The position numbers and the translations under genes were made by a program. Below, piece after piece: positions 1 through 13,434 of a stretch of DNA of 64,000 nt. The notes under the pieces were generated by a model. That model was not told the DNA's origin. It ran no database searches and worked only from the letters and a program-made list of their open reading frames with translations. How positions within the stretch are numbered: position 1 is the first letter of the stretch; each line of letters opens with the position of its first letter. This DNA comes from Hypanus sabinus (taxonomy: Eukaryota): assembly GCF_030144855.1 (NCBI RefSeq), contig NC_082714.1:154690001-154754000 (forward strand), given 5' to 3'.

Positions 1-799
1 ACAGCGTAGAACAGGCTTAGCCTAATTGCAGGCAATTTACAAAGACCAATTAACCTACTAACTGGTACATCTTTGGAACGTGGGAGAAAGACTGATTACC
101 CGAAGGAAACCCACGCATTCATGGGGAGGATGTACAAACTCGTTAGAGACAATTTCGGAATTAAACTCCAAGCCCCAGTGCCCCGAGCTGTAAAAATGTC
201 ACTCTAATCTCTACGCTACTGTGGAGCCACAGTTACTTCTACTTTCTGTCCTCTTCTTGCTGGAAAATGATGCTTCCTAATTGCTGATTTTATATTAAAT
301 CATAGAACATTCATTTCTCAGAGGGACAAAACACTGAAGTAAATTGGATTTTTCAGAAGCAGGATTTGCTTGTTCTGAAGGCTTGCTTGCTTATTATTTA
401 TTTATTGATACAGTGCTGAATAGGCCCTTCAAGCCACACCACCCAACAACTTCTGACAACCCTGATTTACCCCTAACCTAATCATGAGCCAATTGGCAAT
501 GACCAGTTAACCTGCGATACATTTTTGGATTGTGGGAGGAAACCAGAGGACCAGGAGAAAACTCACACATTCCACAGAGAAAACGTAAAGACTCCTTACA
601 GAGAATACCAGGATTGAACTCTGAACTCTGATGCCCCAAGCTGAAATAGCATTGCACTAATTGCTATGCTACCATGGCACCTGTCTCCATGCTTTCCCTA
701 TTTGGATCACCTTAATTTGGTGATACGTATAGCATCTTGTTTATTATGCCAAACAGTAAATTGATTTCCTCTGCAAGTTGGGAGCTAAGGTATTCCGCA

Positions 800-1092
800 T
801 CATGATAGTGTAGCGGTTAGTGTGACGCTATCGCAGCTCTGGACTTTGGAGTTCAATTCTGAAGTCATCTGTAAGGAATCTGTATGTCCTTCCTGTGGAA
901 TGTGTGGATCTTCTCCGGGTGCTCCAGTTTCCTCTCTCATTCCAAAGCTGCTGTACTGGTTAGTAAGTTTTTCAGTCATTGTAAACTGGCTAGACTTAAA
1001 TCGGGGTGGGGGGGGTGCAGGGGTGTTGCTTGGTGGTCCTGCTTGGTTGGCCAGAGAGCCTGTTCTGCCTTGTATCTCTAAATAAAATAAAT
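800..1092 (+). mobile_element. tRNA-derived SINE (related copies ~1-230 -, 405-680 -, 9558-9820 +, 17892-18180 +, 38680-38900 -, 41810-42020 -, 50780-51000 -, 51630-51840 -)
   Basis: A-box-like tagtgtagcggttag, B-box-like gagttcaattc, core ccgggtgctccagtttcctc, (taaa)n tail. Confidence 0.75.
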
Positions 1093-1249
1093 AACATGGC
1101 CCCAGATTGTAGATTAAATCAATTTACTATTCATCATAAATGGCAAGATTCACTTTGTACAGCCAACTTAAACAGGATTTCTGATGTTGCAGTTCTCTGG
1201 AGTAATACCATTGTGCATAGCATAATTAAAACGTTATTAATTTTTGAAG

Positions 1250-1377
1250 GATTTCAGATACCCGTCAGATGCAGCCAGGGCTGGATGATGGAGAACCGCA
1301 ACAAATGACAGGAGAACAGAGTGTAGGAATTGATCCAGCAGCCAACAAATTATCTGAATTTGCAAATCGATCTGCAG
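1250..1377 (+). CDS. NCOA6: NCOA6 internal coding exon (ISDTRQMQPGLDDGEPQQMTGEQSVGIDPAANKLSEFANRSA)
   Basis: Resembles human NCOA6 TPDTRPAGLEEADQPPLPGEQGINLDNSGPKLPEFSNRPP. Acceptor tttttgaag|G at 1249/1250 (alternative cag| at 1257/1258); donor GCAG|gtaagt at 1377, phase 1, compatible with the next exon. Confidence 0.85.
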
Positions 1378-2731
1378 GTAAGTAATTTGTGTATGAGTGG
1401 CTTGGGACTTTTCACATCTTTTTCTTGGCTATCTGAAATAAAACCAGAAAACATTCTCCATGTTCCAACTTCTACTCCCTTCTCCCCCTCTTTTTCCATT
1501 TCCCATTGTGGTTACAATGATTACCCTCTTACCCCTTCTCACCTGCCCACAGCCTCCCTCTGGTTCCTCTCCTTCCCTTTTTTTCCATGGTCCAGTCTTG
1601 TCCTGTTAGAATCCACCCTTTATGTCTTCCACCTATCCTCTCTGAGTTTCTTATTTTATCCGCTCATCCTCCTTCCCCCTGACCCATCACCTGCCAGCTA
1701 GTACTCCTTCCCTTTATCCCACTACTATTCTGGCTTCTTTCCCCTTCCTTTCCAGTCCTGATGAAGAGTCTCGGACTAAAACAATAGCTTATTACTTTCC
1801 ATAAATGCTACCTGATTTGCTGAGTTCCTTTGACATTTTAAGTGTTTTGGAATGTTTCATTGTTTTGGATAGCACCTTTTTAAAATGCACTTTAATGTAA
1901 CACTAAAAGGTTTCCCTGAATGGGCAAATATTCATGACTTAAATTTTGAAATTTCATTCCGTAAAACTGTTCAGTAACAAGTTCTCAGTTGTATTTTAGG
2001 ATATTATTTCATCCTCAGCTTTATCCTTAGTTGAGTGCCATAAATGGCTGTTTGAATTTGTTGGTGACTTTCCCTTAAGTGGCTCTGCCACTAAACAATT
2101 TTGTAACTATGAACATAAGTCACCAGAGAGACACTGAAGGTAGTAGACATAGAAGCCTTTATGCTAGCAAAATGAGTATACAGGCATCATATTCGAGACA
2201 CTCATGGAAAAAGAGGCCTGCTTTATCCAATATTAAAGATCAAAGGTAACAGCAAGACAATTCTATGGTTCCGATGTATCTACAATGCTTCCTTTAAATC
2301 ACATATGATTTTCACATCCACGCTCCAAACACCCGAAATGAATGGTAATCCTCACTGACTCTAGGTTGCATTCATGTATATGCAGGCTTCTGAGGTCTAA
2401 GTGGAGTGTTTCTTTGTTGGCAATTGACCCTGGCCTATAGCTCCAGGAAACCCATTCTTCTGAGCTGCGTCTTAAATTCAGTCTGCAATCCACATTCAAA
2501 ACTGAAGTATGGCTGCTGTTGAAATTAATATTCGCTACATACCGTAACTCAGCAGAGTATGCCCTAACAAACATCATTAACGCTCCCTTGAAATAAAGCT
2601 GTGTTTTAAAGAACCTAACCACACAGTAATCATCATTCATGGAAGAAATGATTTGTGTTTTCTTGTTTGCAGATTGTAGCCATTTGTCAGGTTGCTGGTT
2701 ACCAAGTGTCTGTTTCATGTGTTCCATGCAG

Positions 2732-2856
2732 GCTTCCATTTGCAGGCTGTTGATCAGAGAACACTGCAGCAGACGACTGTACAATCTATCCAGCACCCAC
2801 AGCAGCCACCACAACAGCAACAGCAGATGATGATGATGATGATGATGAAGCAGCAG

Positions 2857-2894
<38 letters not shown>

Positions 2895-5668
2895 CCAACA
2901 ACAGCAGCCAGACTCAAAGTCAATTAGAATTCCAATGACCCCTAATACACTTCCATCTAAAACAGCCTTAACTCCAGATGCGTCGAGAATGCCAATGACC
3001 ACAGCTGGTAATAAAGCAGTCATGGTAAGCTTGCCTGGCCAGAGTGGAGTGCCGCCGTCGCCAGATAAATCGAGGATGCCTTTATTAGTTGGCCATCAAG
3101 CTGGTAACACACTCAGGAAGATGCCTTTCCAGGAAAATATTCAAAATGTCCCATCGTCCGTCCCCGAGGAAGGAAACACAACTGCACATCATCCTGACGG
3201 AACAGCAACCGAACTTTCACTCTCCACTGGATCCCAAGTTAATCCGGGGCCACAACCTGTTCCCCTACCCACCCAAGTGCTCATCACTGGGACTAAGCCT
3301 GGACATCCTCAGATCTCAACGCCACAAGGTGCAAGTCCACAGCAGCAGGGACCCCTTCCTTTACAAGGCACACACAACCTTCACTTTCCTAATACTACTA
3401 CTACTACACAAACCTCAAGACCAAAAACACCAAACCGAGCAAGCCCCAGACCCTATTTTCCCCATACACCCACCAGTAGACCACCCAGCACAGAACCCTC
3501 TGAGATAAGTTTGTCACCTGAAAGGTTAAATGCATCTATCGCAGGTCTTTTCCCTCCTCAAATCAACATTCTCTTACCTCCTAGGCAGCCCCCTCTAAAC
3601 AGAGGATTTGATCAACAGGGTCTAAACCCAACCACTCTGAAAGCAATTGGGCAGGCCCCATCCAGCATTCCTCCCCTCGCCAGCAACCCGTCTGCCTCAG
3701 CAGCTTCACAGGCAAATAAGCTGGATTCAGTAATAGTCAGTTCAGCAAAACAGGCTACTGGAAAACGTGCAAGTCCTAGTACTAGCAGGAGAGCCAGCAC
3801 TGGGGCCAGTCGAAAAGCTGGTCAGAGTTCAGGCAGACAAAGTGGGAAAGGCTTGAAATCAGCACTGACCCTTCAGCAGAACCCTGCCATCGTACCAAAC
3901 ATGGATGTACAAAAGAACATTCTAACAGGTGCAGCACAGGTTCTGTCAAATTCAGTTCCTGGAAGTATGAGTGATCCTAGCAATACTGTTCCAAGTACTC
4001 AAAATACACCAATTTCTGTCAGAATTTTTGCTAACCATCCTGAAGAAAGCAAGGAAGGTTTACCCATGCCTGGCAATAGTACATTGAAGCAGGTCCCTAG
4101 TAACAAAGAACAGATGTCCTTTGAATGCAGTCCTCAAGGCATCAACAACTTGGAGAAGAAGATTGGTCCTGAGATTCAAGTAAAAAAGGGAATTAAGCCA
4201 CTGGAAGCTGGTAATCCTGGTGGATGTGGAGAAGAAAAAAGCCTGCCACCTTTAAGAGAAATTCCAGTTTCGCTTAATCAACTTCTGGACACTTCTGGTA
4301 GTCCTGGTGCTGCCATTAAGACCACTAGTTCCAATCAAATGGGACATCCTATACCTTCTGGAGATAAAGAGAAAGTTGAATCTGTTAAGGAAGTTCCTAG
4401 CACATCAGCACAAGTCATTTGTGACAGTGGCTTAGCCCCAAGTCGACCAGAATTGGGGGAATTAAATATTAACGTGACTCAAAGTGGCCCACCTAGGGTG
4501 CCCACACCAGTGGTGTCTGCATCTATCTCTGTTTCAAATCCAATAACAGTGTTTCTAAGTTCCAGTCCCATTAAATCTACAAGCAGTGTAACTGCACCTG
4601 CACAGACTCAGTCTCAGCCTGCGGTTGTTCCATCTGTGGTCACAATGCCAACTCTGGGTAATAAAGTGGTATCTGATTTACAGCCAATGGTACAGACAGG
4701 CTCTCAGCCAGCTTTCATCACTGCACCTGTGTTTATAAATACATCTGTATTCCAGGTGGTTAAAGAACCTTTGTTATCTCAATCAGCCACCGTTCCTAAA
4801 GTAACTTTACCTTCAACTTCTTCATTGGTGTCCCAGTCTGTTACTGTAATCCAGGTATCCCACACTGCTCCGAGTTCATGCTCAGCAGTTTCAACTACCC
4901 CACCTGTCAATAGTACCATTAACTCTTCTTCTGCACCAACGAGCAGACTGCTGGTTCAGAGGTCATCTGCATCCCCAGTTCAGCCACCTTCCACTTCTCC
5001 GGCTCCTCCAACCATCTCCTCACCATCTCCTCACAGGCCAGCTGCAGACTTCGGCCTCAGCGAACCTCTTCAGAGTAACGGCACGGTTGACCAAAGCTCT
5101 TCAGCTTCATCCCACCCAAGTGCAGTTGCAACGTCACCTACTTCAGCTAGCCCAGGTAGCTCTAATAGTAGTAGGCGAAGTCCAATATCATCCAACAAAG
5201 GAAGAGGGAAAGTAGATAAAATTGGTCAACTCCTCATGACCAAGGCATGTCAGAGGGCCTCCCCAGATAAGAAAGATGACCCAGCAGCATCTGAATTGGC
5301 TTCCCCAGGTGTTGATGGTCAGATGCCAAAAGCAGCACTTCCTGGTAGTCCTGAAGGAGAAGTTCCTCCTATTGAGACTAATCAGACCAACATTTCTTCT
5401 CCAACTAGTCAACCAGACGTAGGCACTTCTGTTAACATCACACTTGGTACAACTAGCAGCTCTGCTTCTTCTGTCTCTGTTTCCTCACCTGCAAATACAT
5501 TGAGTAGCACTTCTCAAAGCAATGTCACATCAGCTGCCAGCTCCCAGAGCCTTGATCCTGAATCTGTAGTAACTGTTGGTGATAGCAGTCTTGCAGTCTC
5601 ACAATCTGAGGGAAGTTGTTCGTCAGCAGAGAAAGTGGGAACAGATAAAGAGCACCAACCAAATACAG
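2732..5668 (+). CDS. NCOA6: NCOA6 large coding exon (2937 nt): polyQ/polyM, RPKTPNRASPRPY...SLSPERLNASIAGLFPPQINI block, LxxLL-2 (LNQLL, 4273-4287), KGKVDKIGQ-like block
   Basis: ORF 2692..5676 has long stretches near-identical to human NCOA6. Acceptor ccatgcag|GC at 2731/2732; donor ACAG|gtacct at 5668; phase 1-1. Confidence 0.96.
2801..2907 (+). repeat. Coding CAG/CAA and ATG trinucleotide repeats (polyQ-polyM-polyQ) in NCOA6
   Basis: Directly visible; translates as QQQQQMMMMMMMK(Q)15HQQQQ. Confidence 0.95.
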
Positions 5669-8132
5669 GTACCTAATTGGAACTGTGCATGTGTTTGCAG
5701 AATTCTGTGTGAATTAAGTAAGCATCAGCACATAGTCTTATTTGTTGTAATTTTAAGTAGCATATAGTTTTAACCACCATATCTACATCTTTTGAGTTGA
5801 TTCTAAAATTGAGAACAACTGTCCCTCAACCAATGGAGCATAATCACACTACTCAGCTTGGAGCTGCATGTTTTGATTTTTGAGCTACCTCAAAGCTTAT
5901 TAGATATTTTGAGAGAAGAAAGCAAGATTGGCAATATTATGACACTTTTAATCCAAATTATTCTACATTATTCCATGCATCCAACTTAATAAACCATGCA
6001 AATCAGTGATTTAATTACCAAATCTGTGGAGGTTATTGTACAACTCCTGTCAGCGTCTAAATGCTCTCTACCTTTTTATTCAAAAGTAGAATATTTTTCC
6101 AAGCGTATCAATGATATTAACTAATTCTCGAAAGGATTGGGGTTAGTACAGTGTCTTTTGCAACCATCGGGCGTTAGTTCAAGCCAACTTAAATATCCTT
6201 AAGGTTTGGTGCTGCAGGAAAGCACATCAATCATTTTACATATTAAGGTCCCATAAATATGATATCACCAACAAAAATTCAGATTTTGTATGATAGATAT
6301 TTGCCAGAAGTTTGAGCTCTTCAAATAACCAGTTGAGATCTTTAACATTTACCAGAGAGGATTGCTGGCAATCCTTGATCTATTTAACCAAAAGGGAATA
6401 CCCTGGCCGTGCAATAATTCATCCAGCAATTTATAATCTTGAATGTAGATAGTTTTCACTTCCCTAAGGCTTGGTTCTGCAAGTAAATTACTCTTAAAAT
6501 GGTATTTTTTATTCAGATGTTTATCATCATCATGTGCCGTGTCGTATGACATTGGCAGTCATGGTCGTCCCATGACCATGATTATTTTTTTTATACAGAA
6601 GTTGTTTGCCATTGCCTTTTTCTGGGCAGTGTCTTTACAAGACACATGACTCCAGCCATTATCAATACTGTTCAGAGTTTGTTTGCCTGGTGTCAGTGGT
6701 TCCATAACCTGGACTTGTGATATGCACCAGCTGTTCATATGACCATCCGCCACCTGCTCCCCATGGCTTCATGTGACCCTGATCAGGAGGGCTAAGTCCA
6801 AGGGTGACCTGCCGGCCAGCCTTATACCTCCATTGGTAGAGGTGCTTCTCCACATCACCTGATTCGGTGGTTAGTCTGTGCTTTAATATGACTGGTCATG
6901 CCCTTACCATAGTAAGGGCTCTTTCTGTAGTAGACAAAATCCTTTCCTTAACAAGCTAAACTTACTGAACTACTCAAATGTGTGATTCAGGCCCACACCC
7001 CCGACTGTTCGATGATCCTAGGCTCATGTTCAGGTATTTTCAATCATCTGAATAAGAAAACAGGCATGATGAGGTAAATGGGCTCTGAAGTTGATCCTGC
7101 CATTATGCAATTCTCAAGTTTCTCCACTGGTTGGTGCTGGAGCCAATGTTACCACAGAAGATTTCAATACATACAGACAAGTGTCCAAATACATAATCAT
7201 TCAGTCATAATAAGCACTGTTGACATTTAAAACCCTATTATAGAAAGAGCATTTAAATGACTACTGATAATAATGAAAAGAAAGTATTGTTATTTCCATT
7301 GGAACAGGAGGACTTAAATATCAATGGTGCCTTATTATGACCAAATGATTATGTTTTCAGCACTTGTCTTATATGCACTGATATGTGGTAACATTAGCTC
7401 CAGCACCAACCAGTGTTGCTCTGATTTAGGATTTTGTTCACAGTCAGAATTGTGTACGAGATACAGCATAGAAGTGTGGTCCAGAGGTAGATGGTTTTTT
7501 TGAGCTGCATAAGACTTTTCTCCATCATGCCACATCTGCCTCCATCAATATGACCTGCTCTTGATATACCTAATTATCTGCACCTCAATGTATACACTGT
7601 TTCTCTAAAATATTAAATGTAATAGTTCCACACTGTCAACTTCCTGGGCAAAGAAATTCTACTTTGTATTTATTTTTACCTTAATTCTGTTCTATTTCTC
7701 CACTTCTGGCTGCCATTTCTGATATCTTCAATTGCCCTCCTCTTTATCTTTTCTTCCCTGAGGGAAAATCATCAGATATTAATTCGGCTTGAATTGTTGC
7801 AGTTTTCATTCTAATTTTAACTTTCTTTTGGCCTAGTTCACTGTGGCATTGCTTCTCTCTGGGTGTCAAAAGATGTCTCAGTTGGAGGATATGATTATTT
7901 AAAATGCCTCTGCAAGATGCAATAAATATGAAACGCACCTCTAGTCATAGGAAACATTCTGCTATCAGAGAAATGCTTGTCAGTTTTTAAATTTATCTTC
8001 CCTAGCCGCATGTTATACTAAAGTTGATGTATTGGTTACTTACAATGTAAAAGGATTGCTGAAAAACAAATTGTATCTTCAAATTTGCAAAGGCCTAGCC
8101 ATATATTATGTCACTGTATTGTAAAGTAATTC

Positions 8133-8702
8133 ATACTCGAGGTGGCCACTTTATGAAGTACACCTGTACTGCTGCACATTAATGCAAATATCTAATCAGC
8201 CAATCATGTGGCAGGAACTCAATGCGTAAAAGCATGCAGACATGGTCAAGAGGTTCAGTTGTTTTTCAGACCAAACATCAGAATGGGGAAGAAATGTGAT
8301 CTAAATGACTTTGACCGTGGAATGATTGTTGGTGTCAGACTGGGTGGTTTGACTTTCTCAGAAACTGCTGATTTCCTTGGATCTTCACATGCAATTGTCT
8401 CTAGGGTTTACAGAAAAAGATATGAAAAGCACAAAACATCCAGAGTGGCAGTTCAGTGGGTGAAAATGCCTTGTTAATGAGGGAGGTCAGAGGAGAATGA
8501 CCAGACTGGTTCAAGCCGGCAGGAAGGCGACAGTAACTCAAATAACCAGGTGTTACAACAGTGGTGTGCAAAAGGACATCTCAAACTGTACAGCACATCG
8601 AACCTTGAAGTGGATGAGCTATGACAGCAGGAGACCACAAACATACCCTCAATGGCCATGTTATTGGGTACAGGAAATAACTAATAAAGTGGCCACTGAG
8701 TG
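8133..8702 (+). mobile_element. Internally deleted Tc1-like transposon
   Basis: TIRs gtggccacttta / taaagtggccactgagtg+TA; transposase N-terminal HTH remnant MGKKCDLNDFDRGMIVG...FSETADFLG. Confidence 0.88.
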
Positions 8703-11700
8703 TATGTGACAATAATACCACATGCCCAACACAAAACCCTTTAACATGCAGTGATGATGCAGCTTTTCTTTCTAGTTCTATCCTATCAGGTGTTCGCCAT
8801 CTGTCTTGAACCTCTGACATTTCCTGATAAAGCTGCAGGTGGCTTATTGCAATAGAGAGCTGAGTTGACAAAAGGGTTCATGCAAATGATAAGAATTAAC
8901 CATCTTCCTAGCATAGCCATAACACTCGACAGCTAAGGATACGTATTAAAGAACTTGAGGGTAGGCTTGAGTACAAAATCACAATTCATAGGAAGTTTGC
9001 AACGTCTATAATCACAATTCTATTGTGTTGAATATCAGATAAATCAAAATTGCACTGTGCAGTGATACTACCCTGAATTTTAAAAGCATATTGTATATCC
9101 ACTCATTCCCCCCCCCATCTAGTTTTATAGACAAATCAAGGCAAAAGTTGCTTAAAAGCAAAATATTTTGGTTGCTGAATCTGAACTGAAAGTAGATAAT
9201 ACTAAATTGCTATTTTGTAAGAGTGTAAAATACGAGGCAGCGATGGTAGTGTCTGGAACATTGACTACTGGTAATTTTAAATGTCTGATCTCTTAATTGA
9301 GGCAGCTGAAGAGTGGGAGCTAAGTGACAGGACCTATACTTGATGGTGACTTCTTTCCTTAGAGTGAATAATTTGCTGAAGCAAAGCATGTTCTTCCTGT
9401 TGGATTTTATTTTTGTTTCCCATATCTTGGAACATTATTTGGCTTTCAAACATATAAGTATCCTGACTAAAAAGAATGTGAAGCAAAAAAATACATTGCT
9501 GGAGGAGCTCAGGTGGTCAAGCAGCTTCTACATGGGTGAGGATGGGTGAACGAATTGGGGCGCCACGGTATCATCATGGTTAGCGTGTTACTATGACAGC
9601 TCAGTGTTCTGGAGTTCAGAGTTCAATTCTGGTACATTCTCCCTGTGACCGCATCAGTTTCCTCTGGGCTATTTTCTTTCCAGAGTCCAGAGATGTACCA
9701 CTTTGTAGGTTAATTGGCATTATAAATTGTCCTGTGATTAGGCCAGGTTAAATAGTGGGTTGCTTGACAGCATGGCTTGTTGGACCAGGAGGATCTGTTC
9801 TGCACTGTATCTCTATATAAAAGATTTCAAGACCCTGAATCAAGACTGAACAGAGAGGAAAGATAGCCGGTATTAAAAGAAGGGGAGGGAGGGAGCAAGT
9901 GCTGACAGGATGAATAGTTAGGCATGGCCTAGATGAACCAAAGGACCTGTTTCTGTTCTGTGGTGCTCTGTGACTGACAGTGGAAAGGTGATGGACAAAG
10001 GAGCCAGATGGGAGAGAGTGAAGGTTGGGGTGGGCAGCTGCTAGAGATTGATAGCAGAGATCCCAGGGGAGCGGAGGTTTCCATTGAGAGTCTAGGATCT
10101 GAGGCACTTCCCAGAATTAAGGTACATTCTACAAAACTGAGATAAGGTTCAAATTCTTCAGCTAGAAGGTGAATCTGTGGAATGGTGGAGCACATTTGAT
10201 TCTGCTCCTAAATCATAATGGTCATAAAGCTTATAAATGCTGCAATATGATGTGAGAAAACTGATTAAAAGGATAAAAGGAAGGTCATTTGAAACCGGGG
10301 TGGGAGTGAGTAGAGAGTGGAAAACAGGACAAACTGGTTAAACGCTGGTTTCTGCAAATACTGGAAATCAGTTCAGAGTAACACACAGGAAATGTTGGAG
10401 GAACTCAGCAGGTCAGGCAGCACCTATAGAAAGAAATAAACAGTCAACTATTTTGGGTTGAGACCTGAAATGTTGACTCTTTGTTCCTTTCCAGTGATGC
10501 TGTCTGACCTGAGTTGCCCGTGCATGTGTGTATGACAAGACAGGTTAAGGCAGACTGGAGGAACAATTACTCATGTCCACAGACTTCCCACCACATCTCT
10601 TCCTCAATTGTTCCCGTTAACAATTTCTTTAACAGATTCCAGCACTTGTAGCCTTTGTTTTTGCTCATCACCTGCCATATCTCTATCTCCAAGTTTACCC
10701 TCCTTTCCTTTTCCCTCCCCTCCCCCCAACCACCACCCAGAGAAAATAAAATTGGCTCTGTCAGTCATCCTGCTGACCTTGATCCACCTAATAGCCCCTG
10801 TGTCACCCTTCTTTTCTGTTTATAGCAACAATTTTCTGTTGCCACTGTCCTGTTGCTGGGTTTCAATCCAAAACCTAAATCACTCCTTTACCCTCTCCAC
10901 AGAAGTTACTGTACTGGCTGAGTGCCTCCAGCATTTTTCTTTGCTCTACATTGCAGCATCTGCTGTCTCTTAAAAGAATATGTAGTCTTGCATCATAAAA
11001 GGAGACAATTCCTCTTCTGCTTCCCATAATTCTAATTTTCTTTTTCCTGCTTAAGCATGCGACCAATTTTGTTTTGAAAGTTGTTGTTAAATGATTTTTG
11101 GCCACTTTCAGATAAAGCACTCCAGATTATATCATAACTGCAAAAAAAAACATCACGTCCACTCTTGTCTCCTGATAGATTCCTGCTTCTTCAGCCCTTT
11201 ACCTCATCTGCCTATCAGCTGCTACCTTTTCATCTCATCCATCTTCCCCTTCACCTATCACCTTCTAGCTTGTGCCCCCACCTTATTCTGGCTTCTTCCC
11301 CCTTCCTTTCCAGCCCTGATAAAGGGTCTCAGTCCAAAAAGTTGATACTTTATTCATTTTCATAGATGCTGCCTGACCTGCTGAGTTCCTCCAGCATTTT
11401 GTATGTGTCATTTGGTTCTTTTGGCAACACTACACTGGCTCCTCCAATCTCTGACTCCTGTCAATGGAAACAATCTCCTCCTTTCATTTCTTATCAAAAG
11501 CCTTGATATATGAGCATCACATCTCATTAGTAGTTGGTCTTCTGTGGTTTCTGCACAATAATTAGTTGTTAAATCAACTATTGCAGTCAAATAATTGTCC
11601 ACAGAATAGGCAGAGGTAATTTATCTTTTCCCCATTGCTATTGAAGACGAAATTCTAGTTTACTTGCAACCTCTATTTTACTTGAATTGGAAATTCTTAA

Positions 11701-11947
11701 ATTTTTGTGTTGAACTAGTTTAGATCAGTGATAAGTGTACTGCATCTACTTGTCATTTTTAAGCTAATAGTATGTTGACCATTTTGTGCTAATGGTAGGA
11801 TATTGCTAAATGTACATGCAAAATTTCCCATTGGAATTCAATTTTAATTAATAACCCAATTTGCATTCCTTGCTGTAAACATAATTTTGATAAACATTCA
11901 CAAAACACTGACATCTCATCTATTTTTATGCACTTCTCTTTTGGTAG

Positions 11948-12001
11948 TTGAGCAAAGAAAAGAAGCTTTGGAACATTCGGACACAGGACTGCCAGCCACC
12001 A
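11948..12001 (+). CDS. NCOA6: NCOA6 small symmetric exon (VEQRKEALEHSDTGLPAT), 54 nt
   Basis: Pyrimidine tract + ggtag| acceptor, CCA|gtaagt donor, open frame, phase 1-1 fitting both neighbours, non-repetitive sequence. Confidence 0.7.
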
Positions 12002-13434
12002 GTAAGTAATTATGGTTTTAATGGTCTTTTATGTGTACACTGTATGAAATTCCTTGTTGCTACTTTAGTTGGGAATACCACAAACTGAGTCCCAATGGGA
12101 TTAAAATTTCAAATAAAAATGGAAGCTCATCAGTAACATAATTTACTCATAACAGTAATTACTTACTACCCTTTACGCCACTGACTTTTAGGTCAGCAAT
12201 GAAGATCCTCCATCTCTGTCCATACAGCCAAGCACAGATATGAAGGGTTCTTCATTGCTGTTTCCTTAACATTTTTCCCCCAATCGGGGTTGTTAGCCCT
12301 GAGCTGAACCTGCAAACCTGGAGGATCAGTGGACCTCTCTTGGTCTGGCCTCTACCCTTTGACCTGTCTAGCATGGGTTACCTTACCAAGAGCCAAAGCA
12401 CAAAGCTGACTCCAGCCAATATGCTCTCCAGGTGACTCAGGCACACAACCCTCCAAATCCAATGACAAGGATGTGTCGTCTTGTAGTTCATAACAGTAAA
12501 GCTTCCCAGGATGTGGCTTGCATTACCACCATGCTATGGGATAAAATTGGCAATTTAATACTGAATTTTAGCTAGTTTTACCACTTTTTTGAGTTAAATG
12601 TGCCCATATCTGAAGATATTCATTCAGGTTTTAAGCATAACTACTTTGACTCCTCTTGGGTTTATGAATATTGCAATATAATAGTGCATTTCTTTTTAGT
12701 TCCTCCTTTCACATACATTCTCCCCTCTTTCTCCACACACCTCTATGCCTGACCATTCCATGTACCTGCCAAAAAATAAGTTTGGGGGAAATGTTATACT
12801 TCTGAGGTGGCATGGTACCGTGGCAGCTAGCAAAATGCTTTACGGTATCAGTGATTGGAAGATTGAGGTTCAGTTTCCTCCACTGTCTATAAGGAGTTTG
12901 TACGTGAGTTTCTTCAGCATGCTCTGTTGGGACCAGAGGTATGGCGACACCCGTTTGCTGCCCCCAACACATCCTTGGACTGTGACTGTAAACAACACAT
13001 TTCACTGTTTCTTGATGTACATGTGACAAATAAAGCTAACAATGACGGAAACAGAAAAAAATTTAAATTTTTCCAAGGTGAATTAGCATTAGGCTTTGTT
13101 TGATTGAGGCTTACTTGCAGTCTGTCCCTCCCATACTACAGTTCTGTTGTTATGATATAGGTTGAGGCCATTCATCTTATTGAAACAACGCTGTCTCTCA
13201 GAACAATCGTGTTGGTCTCTTTCCCCGTTGAATTTTCTGTAACTCGTTCACACTTGCATGACCCCAAGATACTCTTTTCTGAATCATGGTAATCTATGAA
13301 GACCTCTTTGTTCTGATGCCAGTAATGACCTGGATCCTGTAAATCTGGCGAGATTAATGTCCTCACTCTGGCAGACAGTTTGCACAGAGTAAAGAATCTG
13401 AAGGCTTGCTTCAGTTAACTGTAGTGAGATGTAC

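Noticed and set aside
800-870. tRNA genes
   Set aside because: The A/B-box heads are SINE 5' ends; no cloverleaf can be formed.
2295-2600. Possible conserved non-coding element or ncRNA upstream of the large NCOA6 exon
   Set aside because: No recognisable motif or fold; cannot be supported without an alignment.
2299-3023. Antisense poly-Leu/His and poly-Cys/Ile ORFs
   Set aside because: Shadow frames of the NCOA6 CAG/ATG repeats.
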